From an uncultured bacterium (GTDB taxonomy: Bacteria > T1Sed10-126): a stretch of DNA of 12,729 nucleotides. The position numbers and the translations under genes were made by a program. The notes beneath the pieces are model-generated. The model saw only the letters and a program-made list of their open reading frames with translations, was not told where the DNA came from and did no database searches. The stretch is from NCBI GenBank assembly GCA_964566495.1, contig CAZMIT010000043.1, forward strand, positions 1 to 12,729. The letters run 5' to 3'. Numbering within the stretch: the first letter of the stretch is position 1; every line of letters starts with the position of its first letter. Below, in pieces: positions 6,509-12,729 of the stretch.

Positions 6509-9131
6509 CCGCAGATCCCCCCTCGCCGGTCAACAAAAGGTCCCGGTTGGGCAAATCGTCAACATCTAACTCATCCAGTTCTCCCGCGACAGGAAACCGC
6601 GTGCGACTGTAGTAGTGAAACTTTTCCAGCGCCTCACCAAGATAGTCTTCAAAATCCTCCAGGTCCTCCTGGAAAAAGTTCTCTCGTCGCAACCTCAGGA
6701 GCTTGTTGAATGCCGATTTGACACCCTTATTCACGTATTTATATTCGCCCACTTTACTCCGGCAGTAGAGACGGAAACGCTCAAAGGTATCCGTTTCTAC
6801 CAGTTCCTCACGCTCCACACCCTTCGGAAAATCATGTTCCTTAAAAAAGTCCCGGTAAGCCTCATACCCCAGCTTCTCTAACGTCTTCCGTCGATTATTA
6901 CTCTCACTTACGTTTTTCACTAAAAAATCAAAAGTCTCCCGTCGCGCCACTTGCTCAGCCACGGGACGCGGATAGTAGCAGAGCGTCTCCGTTACCGCTT
7001 CGCCGCTGCCCCGGCCGCTAAGAACTTCGTTTAAATTGTCCAGAAAATAGAAGAAGCTGAACTTCAAGGCCGTCTGTGGGTTCTTACGACGCAGATGGGC
7101 AAGATAGAGTATCGCCTGGAAATTAACCCGGTCACGGGCAAACTTGAGGTTGCCGCGTCGCACCAGAGAGCGCGCTGACTGACGCCGACCGCTCTTGTAA
7201 TCAAGCAGATGTGTATCTGATAACTTCAGGTCTACTTTTCCCTTCACCCGTAGCTCGTCATCTCGAAAAAATACCTCCGCTCGTGGATCAGCCAGCTTCA
7301 GTTCATACTGACTGGCAAACAGGTTTTCCTCCCCCCTGTCGTGATCTGCGAGTTCTGGCTGATTCCTGTTACGCTCCCGGCTCAGATTGTGCTCCTCAAG
7401 AAAATTAATTATATTTTCCATACCCAGGCGCATCTCTGTCCGCACTGCCGACTCCTTGTAAGACGGAATGTAGACTCTAAGCTCCTCCAGTGCCCGCTTG
7501 CACATCTCGTCCAGCCCTTGTTTTTTTACAAAAGCTGGATGCTCAAGAAAAAATTCTGCAAACTCATGGAACAGTTTCCCCTTCTTTAGATGAAAACTAT
7601 CCTGGTCCGGCAACAGCCGGTCAAATAGGTAAGCCCGCGGCGAAGAAACAAAAGCATTGAGCGATGACTGACTGAAATGATCGAGCTCCACCTCCCGGAT
7701 TGGCTGCAGATGACGCTCGAAACCCCCTCCTCTCCCCTTCTCAGGCGGACGAACTCGACGTGAGGGAAAATCGGCAAACTCCTCAAAGGACTCGTCCAGC
7801 AGGGCGTTAAAGTAATAACAGGGGGTTATCGGTTCGTTACGCTCCCGGTTGCGTACAAAATAATACTGCCGGCTACCATTCTGCAGCAGCAGTGAGAAAT
7901 CACGCAGGTTTGCCTCCCGATTGGCTCCCGCGTCAATCCAGGGCCGCGGATGTTTCTCCCGGTCCCAGTCCACTCCCATTCCGAGATAGAATACGACCGG
8001 TCGGTCAACAAAACTAAGTGACTGCGGAGAAACAAATAAAACCCCCGGCGATCCGCTGGAGGAAAGCGGCGGCGTGAAGTTGTCAATATAAAACTGTAAA
8101 AAATCTAACTTTCCCCGCACCTTTTTGTGCCGCAAATTTAACTCACCCAGCAGCCCTCTCAAATCACTAAGATCAGCGCCGCTCAACTCTTCATACGCCT
8201 CTATCGCCTCCGCAAAGCTGCTTCGCTTCAACTGCTGGCACAGCTCCTTAAAATCACGACAACCGGGATGATCAAGGACAGGAACCAGCTCTTCCTTCAG
8301 TTCCGGTCCCAGTTGGTAACCAAGCCGGCGCATCAACGGTTTCAGGTCGCGCACTTTGGAAACATCGTCTGCCAGAGACAGCTTAAGCAGCTCAAGAAAG
8401 GTTCGGAAGGACCCCCTTTCATCAAGCAATCGGTTGGTCGTCCTCGCTATCCCCCGGTCCTGAAGCGCTGCCTCCAGCTGCGGCTGGTAAGAGCTCTCCG
8501 GATGCACGACCACGGCGACATCGGACGGATTGTAAACGGAAAGCGAGTTCAAGACCGCACGAACAATCGTCTCAGGTGATGAAAATAGGTGAAATTCGGG
8601 AAGCTCAAACTCTTCTCCACGCAGCGGTTCTAATTCATCGTAATTAGCGGGAAATACATTCCGGTCCAACTGCTTGAACTGGTAGGGGGCAATGACAAGC
8701 GCTTCCCCGGCAGGCGGGTTATCAAAATCCTGGAGGCTACGATATATACTACCGGTGGTTTGCAAACAAGAAAGTATTTTTTCAGTCAGGCGAGCGACGT
8801 AATTATCATATTCCCGGACGGCTTCCAGCCGCCCGGTTTCCTGCCAGCAGTGTAAAATGTTCTCAAGATGATATAAAATTTCACGGGGTGACGCCTCCAG
8901 CTCCTCATTCAAACGCAGGAACAGCTCCCGCCGGTCCCGGGTGCTACTTTCCGAGTGTGAGTCGTATATCAGTCCCCGCGGCGTGTAAGCAAACTTCCCC
9001 AGTCGCGGCGTTCCAACTCGGTTATTTAAGGCATCAGCAAGTGGTGTGTCGGCGGTTAGCACATAGTCATAATCTTGGGCGCGCTCAAAAATTTCATCTA
9101 TGGAAAGTGCCCGCGGCAGGGTAAAACTCAT
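6495..9131 (-). CDS. Large PD-(D/E)XK (RecB-like) nuclease protein, probable partner subunit (AddB/AdnA-like)
   Basis: Nuclease motifs SQSSL..F..SP, KGKLFHEFAE, KGKVDL, LLDYKSG and QAILY. AGGAG RBS 7 nt before the ATG. Overlaps the helicase start by 14 nt. No Walker A motif. Confidence 0.88.
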   Translation of the reverse strand: MSFTLPRALSIDEIFERAQDYDYVLTADTPLADALNNRVGTPRLGKFAYTPRGLIYDSHSESSTRDRRELFLRLNEELEASPREILYHLENILHCWQETGRLEAVREYDNYVARLTEKILSCLQTTGSIYRSLQDFDNPPAGEALVIAPYQFKQLDRNVFPANYDELEPLRGEEFELPEFHLFSSPETIVRAVLNSLSVYNPSDVAVVVHPESSYQPQLEAALQDRGIARTTNRLLDERGSFRTFLELLKLSLADDVSKVRDLKPLMRRLGYQLGPELKEELVPVLDHPGCRDFKELCQQLKRSSFAEAIEAYEELSGADLSDLRGLLGELNLRHKKVRGKLDFLQFYIDNFTPPLSSSGSPGVLFVSPQSLSFVDRPVVFYLGMGVDWDREKHPRPWIDAGANREANLRDFSLLLQNGSRQYYFVRNRERNEPITPCYYFNALLDESFEEFADFPSRRVRPPEKGRGGGFERHLQPIREVELDHFSQSSLNAFVSSPRAYLFDRLLPDQDSFHLKKGKLFHEFAEFFLEHPAFVKKQGLDEMCKRALEELRVYIPSYKESAVRTEMRLGMENIINFLEEHNLSRERNRNQPELADHDRGEENLFASQYELKLADPRAEVFFRDDELRVKGKVDLKLSDTHLLDYKSGRRQSARSLVRRGNLKFARDRVNFQAILYLAHLRRKNPQTALKFSFFYFLDNLNEVLSGRGSGEAVTETLCYYPRPVAEQVARRETFDFLVKNVSESNNRRKTLEKLGYEAYRDFFKEHDFPKGVEREELVETDTFERFRLYCRSKVGEYKYVNKGVKSAFNKLLRLRRENFFQEDLEDFEDYLGEALEKFHYYSRTRFPVAGELDELDVDDLPNRDLLLTGEGGSADGTE

Positions 9132-9267
9132 ATAACTACTCCTGTTTCCCTTTTAAATAATTCCCCCGGCGACTGCACTATTTTCTGGGAAGAATAACTC
9201 GTTCTGTAAGTACAGCAGGAAGCTGGGGCTATTTTCTGTTCCATTTCCCTGGCGAAACAGGAAGAAG

Positions 9268-9358
9268 CGGAGGGCCCGGGATTCGAACCCGGACATCCCG
9301 TTCGCACGGGACTTCACCGGATTTCAAGTCCGGCCCCTTGCCATTCGGACAGCCCTCC
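9268..9358 (-). tRNA. tRNA-Ser (anticodon UGA); CCA not encoded
   Basis: Reverse complement: GGAGGGC-TG-TCCGAATGGCAAGGGG-CCGGA-CT(TGA)AA-TCCGG-long variable arm-CCGGG-TTCGAAT-CCCGG-GCCCTCC-G. G73 discriminator, followed by CTT. Confidence 0.97.
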
Positions 9359-9383
9359 GTTTAGTGTCCGGTCGGCGAAGACA

Positions 9384-9962
9384 TTATTCAGTCGTCTCAC
9401 CTTCACCGGTCACTGGACTGTGTATTTGCTTCTGCAGCTCTTTTATCTCGTCCCGGAGGTCTGCAGCTTCCTCAAATTCTTCCTCCTCAACCGCTCGCTT
9501 CAGACGATGCTGAAGCAACTTCAGCCGCTTGACCTCTTCGCTTTCTTCGTCCTCGGCCTGGGCCGGCACTGCCGCTTCTTCCATTACCTCTTCTTCCACG
9601 AAAAGATCCGTTCCCGTCCTCAAAGCCAGCGCTATCGAGTCACTCGGTCGCGCATCAATTGTAATTTCTTGTTCAGTACCCTCTGGCTTGATAATTATAC
9701 TGGCGTAAAACGTCCCCTCCTTTAGCTCGTTAACCACTACGTGATCAATTTCAGCGGCCAGCTCGTCAAGCAGCTTTGCTAAAAGATCGTGCGTCATTGG
9801 GCGGGGGGGATCAACGTTATCAAGTTCCATTGCAATGGCCTGCGCCTCAAAAGAACCAATATATATCGGCAGCCACTTGTTGAACGTATCATCCATTAAC
9901 AACGCCACAAAACCCTGGTTGTGAGGGCTCATACCAACACCGTGCACCCTTACCGGTATCAT
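9384..9962 (-). CDS. Bifunctional nuclease (DUF151, DNase/RNase) with a C-terminal UVR coiled-coil domain
   Basis: Motifs LPIYIGSFEAQAIA, PPRPMTHDL, GTFYA and IDARPSDSIALALR. UVR-like tail LKRAVEEEEFEEAADLRDEI. Start moved to ATG 9962 because GGAGG precedes it. Confidence 0.93.
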   Translation of the reverse strand: MIPVRVHGVGMSPHNQGFVALLMDDTFNKWLPIYIGSFEAQAIAMELDNVDPPRPMTHDLLAKLLDELAAEIDHVVVNELKEGTFYASIIIKPEGTEQEITIDARPSDSIALALRTGTDLFVEEEVMEEAAVPAQAEDEESEEVKRLKLLQHRLKRAVEEEEFEEAADLRDEIKELQKQIHSPVTGEGETTE

Positions 9963-10078
9963 AAAAAAACCTCCCGCTAAGTTGCGGATTATCTTCATCG
10001 TCCAGCTAACAAAAAGTTTCTCCACTTCACTTTGTACGCTGCCCGACACTAATAGTTTAAACTAAAAATCACTAAAAA

Positions 10079-10456
10079 TTAATCCCTAATTACAGGTGAG
10101 CTCTTCTCTTCTAAGCTAAAATCGTCCGTAGGTGATGTATCTCCGGCCTGCAGTCGGTAGAATTGATTGTCATTTTCTTCTCGCCACACCCGTTTTTCTC
10201 CGGGCGGAACCAGACCCAGCTTCTGCCGGGCAAGCTGTTTGATTAAATATGGGTCGCCCTGCAAACGCTCCCGGCGCACTTCAAGCTCCCGCAGCTTCTC
10301 CTGCAGCTCCTCGTATTCACGGGCCAACCTTTCCTTCTCTTCCCGCAGCTCGCTCAGGTGGTCGTCGCGACGCCGGGCCACTAAAGTCACACTGCCTACC
10401 GCCAGTACCACTATGATGATTAAAATAATTTTCTTATATTCGTATTTTTCAGACAT
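10079..10456 (-). CDS. ftsB: Septum formation initiator (FtsB/DivIC family)
   Basis: Short N-terminus, one transmembrane helix (IILIIIVVLAVGSVTLV), a coiled coil, then DPYLIKQLARQKLGLVPPGE. Confidence 0.85.
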   Translation of the reverse strand: MSEKYEYKKIILIIIVVLAVGSVTLVARRRDDHLSELREEKERLAREYEELQEKLRELEVRRERLQGDPYLIKQLARQKLGLVPPGEKRVWREENDNQFYRLQAGDTSPTDDFSLEEKSSPVIRD

Positions 10457-10476
10457 AATTAACTATTCTCCCGCTA

Positions 10477-11631
10477 TTAGTTGCAATCTTTTTTTAAAAT
10501 TCTCGCTATGTCGGCCCCCCAGTTGTTTAAAGCGACAGCCGTATTTTCCATGCTTTCTTCCAGCGTCATTGGCCGCCGGGGCAAACCAACCAGCAGATCA
10601 AAACTATCGTAAAGTTCCCTGTAACCTTCCCCCTGGGCACCAGCTACCCCCACTACAAAGTCAACCCCTGCTTCTCTCCCCCGCTCCGCTACCACCTGCG
10701 GTGTTTTACCAAAAGCGGTCTGAGCGTCCATTGCTCCTTCACCTGTAATTAAGATATCGGCGTTTTTGAGCTCCGAGTTTAACCCTGTTAAATCCGCTAC
10801 CAACTCCGCTCCCCCTGTCAACTGCGCCCCCAGCAAACCCATCAGACCAAATCCAAGCCCGCCGGCCGCCCCAGTTCCCGGCTGCTCACGCAACTCGCGA
10901 CCGGCATAGTCCTCGACCAGACCGGCCCAGCGTGCTAAATTTTCCTCCAGCTGCGGTATCTCTTCCTCCGCTGCCCCTTTCTGCGGCCCGTATACCGCCG
11001 CCGCACCCTCGCTCCCCAGCAGTGGATTGGTCACGTCACAGGCTACTTTTATTTGTAATTCTTTCACTTCCGACGCCACTTCGCGATCACTTATCTCCGC
11101 CGCACGGGCCAGCTCCCCTCCGGCCGCTTCAACCGGTTCACCCGCTTGGTCTTTGACCTCAAACCCCAGTCCCAGGGCTGCTCCCAGGCCACCGTCGACA
11201 GTTGCCGAGCCACCGATACCTAATAAAACTTGTTTTGCCCCCCGCTCCGCCGCTCGCTTGATCAACGTCCCCGTGCCGTAAGTTGAAGTTTTAAATGGGT
11301 CCTGCTGATCTGCTTCCAGCAGAGCCAACCCCGATGCGGCTGCCATTTCAATAACCGCAGCGTCCTCCCGCTCGCTCCTGGATAAATACCCCCACCTGGC
11401 CGTTACCGGTTCTCCTCGTGGTCCACGTACCTCCGTTTTTACAAATTCTCCGTCAAGCGCCTGCACAAGCGCTTCTACCGTTCCCTCGCCCCCGTCCGCC
11501 TGGGGCAGACTTACTACCTCCCAGCCCTCAGCAATCGACTTCACCCCTCGTTTTAGTTGTTCACACACTTCCGGCGATCTTGCACAACCCTTGTATTTAT
11601 CAGAAGCTACGACGACTTTCCTTGTTCCCAC
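10477..11631 (-). CDS. glxK: Glycerate kinase (GlxK/GarK family)
   Basis: Motifs VVASDKYKG, ADGGEGT, VIEMAAASGL, STYGTG, GIGGSATVDGG, CDVTNPLLG, YGPQKGA, GAAGGLG and ITGEG. Likely start is GTG 11631 after GGAGGTG; the ORF-track start at 11721 lies deep inside rsmA. Confidence 0.95.
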   Translation of the reverse strand: MGTRKVVVASDKYKGCARSPEVCEQLKRGVKSIAEGWEVVSLPQADGGEGTVEALVQALDGEFVKTEVRGPRGEPVTARWGYLSRSEREDAAVIEMAAASGLALLEADQQDPFKTSTYGTGTLIKRAAERGAKQVLLGIGGSATVDGGLGAALGLGFEVKDQAGEPVEAAGGELARAAEISDREVASEVKELQIKVACDVTNPLLGSEGAAAVYGPQKGAAEEEIPQLEENLARWAGLVEDYAGRELREQPGTGAAGGLGFGLMGLLGAQLTGGAELVADLTGLNSELKNADILITGEGAMDAQTAFGKTPQVVAERGREAGVDFVVGVAGAQGEGYRELYDSFDLLVGLPRRPMTLEESMENTAVALNNWGADIARILKKDCN

Positions 11632-12365
11632 CGACTGAACACCTCCAGAAACTTTTTTGGTTTTACCTGGTGGGGACGACAGCGCTCGTCCAGACCAACT
11701 TCCTTCAACAGCCTTCTCCATTTCTCCTTGTCCGCCCCGGCTGCCAGGTTATTTAAAAGAGTCTTCCGCGGCTGCTGAAAACAACGACGGGCAAATTTTC
11801 TCAGCCCTTCAAAGTTTTCGATTCTCTCTTCAACCATAAACTTTAGCCAGGCCGAGTCGACCCCCGGGACCGGCGAAAAAGCCCCGGCTGGCACAGTAAA
11901 ACATTTCTCCACCCGGCCGCTGAGTTGAAACAGCACCGATATGCCCGAGTAGTTCGACTCCCCCGCTTCTGCACAGACACGCTCCGCCACTTCCTCCTGG
12001 ATCAACCCCTGGAAACTATTGATTTTATCGGCATTTCGCAGTATTTTCACCAGTAAAGGTCCGGTAAGATGGTAGGGCAGGTTACCGACCAGTGGATATG
12101 GCGAACAAATTTTGGGGAGGGGATACTTAAGTATATCGGCCCGAATGACCGCCGGCGGATCAACAAATTTTTCGCGTAGACGACGGCAGTAACTAAAATC
12201 TATTTCCAGCGCCAGAAGTTGCTCCCAGCGTTCCAGAACTCCCGCCGTTAAGGCTCCCGGACCCGCCGCCCACTCGACACCAAACTCCGCCGGTTCCACC
12301 TGGGCAACACAGCGATTTATCCAGTTTTGATCGGTTAACAAAACCTGGCTCAACCGTTCTCCCAT
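11607..12365 (-). CDS. rsmA: 16S rRNA adenine dimethyltransferase (KsgA/RsmA), divergent
   Basis: Motifs GPGALT, ALEID, VGNLPYHLT, QEEVAER, FSPVPGVDSA and FQQPRKTLLNNL. Follows pdxA, a conserved pairing. The likely start ATG 12365 is 2 nt after the pdxA stop. Confidence 0.9.
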   Translation of the reverse strand: MGERLSQVLLTDQNWINRCVAQVEPAEFGVEWAAGPGALTAGVLERWEQLLALEIDFSYCRRLREKFVDPPAVIRADILKYPLPKICSPYPLVGNLPYHLTGPLLVKILRNADKINSFQGLIQEEVAERVCAEAGESNYSGISVLFQLSGRVEKCFTVPAGAFSPVPGVDSAWLKFMVEERIENFEGLRKFARRCFQQPRKTLLNNLAAGADKEKWRRLLKEVGLDERCRPHQVKPKKFLEVFSRWEQGKSS

Positions 12366-12367
12366 TT

Positions 12368-12729
12368 CTACTTCTTCTTTGCCCAGCGCCGCAACCGCTT
12401 CATACAATTGATCGCACTGCGCGAGTCGACCTCGTCTTTACCGGCAATTTCTGCCGCCGCCCCGTGATCCGGACTTACCCGCAAATAGGGAAGCCCCACC
12501 GAGGCCTGGATTCCGGTGAAAAAATATCTCTGTTTAAAAGGAAGTAATCCCTGGTCGTGATAGGGAGCCAGGATTAGGTCGTGCTTCCCCGTGTGGACGG
12601 GGAAATAACTGTCCGCCGGAAACGGCCCTTCAATTTCCACTCCGGCGGCGACCAGTTTCTCCACTGCCGGACGCAAAATATTTTTTTCTTCCCTGCCGAT
12701 TAACCCCTGTTCACCGGCATGCGGGTTGA
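12368..12729 (-). CDS. pdxA: 4-hydroxythreonine-4-phosphate dehydrogenase, C-terminal part (runs off the right edge)
   Basis: Motifs NPHAGEQGLIGREE, GPFPADS, YHDQGL and GLPYLRVSPDHG. Confidence 0.95.
   Translation of the reverse strand, partial: NPHAGEQGLIGREEKNILRPAVEKLVAAGVEIEGPFPADSYFPVHTGKHDLILAPYHDQGLLPFKQRYFFTGIQASVGLPYLRVSPDHGAAAEIAGKDEVDSRSAINCMKRLRRWAKKK

Noticed and set aside
6495..9131. Cas4 or another CRISPR-associated nuclease
   Set aside because: It lacks the four Fe-S cysteines, is far too long, and there are no cas genes or array.
3614..9358. tRNA-anchored integrative element carrying the helicase-nuclease pair
   Set aside because: No integrase, and I found no duplicate of the tRNA 3' end by eye. 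Adjacency alone is insufficient.
9268..9358. Selenocysteine or suppressor tRNA (long variable arm, 'TGA')
   Set aside because: The anticodon itself is UGA and reads UCA (Ser). tRNA-Sec needs anticodon UCA and an 8-bp acceptor stem; this one has 7 bp.
1302..9962. Four nuclease-domain genes as a single defence island
   Set aside because: The YkuK-like and DUF151 genes are common chromosomal genes, separated from the helicase pair by unrelated genes or the tRNA. Nothing links them functionally.
4469..11839. Numerous 60-193 aa ORFs antisense or out of frame within the long genes
   Set aside because: They are shadows of well-supported genes and have no recognisable motifs.

Overview
Bacterial chromosomal segment. 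Minus strand, read right to left: pdxA (partial), rsmA, glycerate kinase, ftsB/divIC-like, a DUF151 bifunctional nuclease with a UVR tail, tRNA-Ser(UGA), then an overlapping two-gene helicase-nuclease pair (878-aa PD-(D/E)XK protein and 964-aa UvrD + PD-(D/E)XK protein; AddAB/AdnAB-like). Converging on that pair from the plus strand are an aldo/keto-reductase-fold gene with a broken catalytic tetrad and a stand-alone FlhB C-terminal-domain gene. Further left are a YkuK-type RNase H-like gene and pyk (partial). The two long intergenic regions (617-1301 and 1797-2300) are dense with palindromic and short tandem repeats. The most striking structure is a three-level nested palindrome at 1914-2177. 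A GC-rich hairpin repeat is split at a TA by two tandem 19-bp palindromic cores, and each core is interrupted at the same C|G step in both arms by unrelated hairpins. This gives two cloverleaf units of identical architecture but different sequence. No transposase, integrase or CRISPR array is visible. All calls come from reading motifs by eye; no database search was run.
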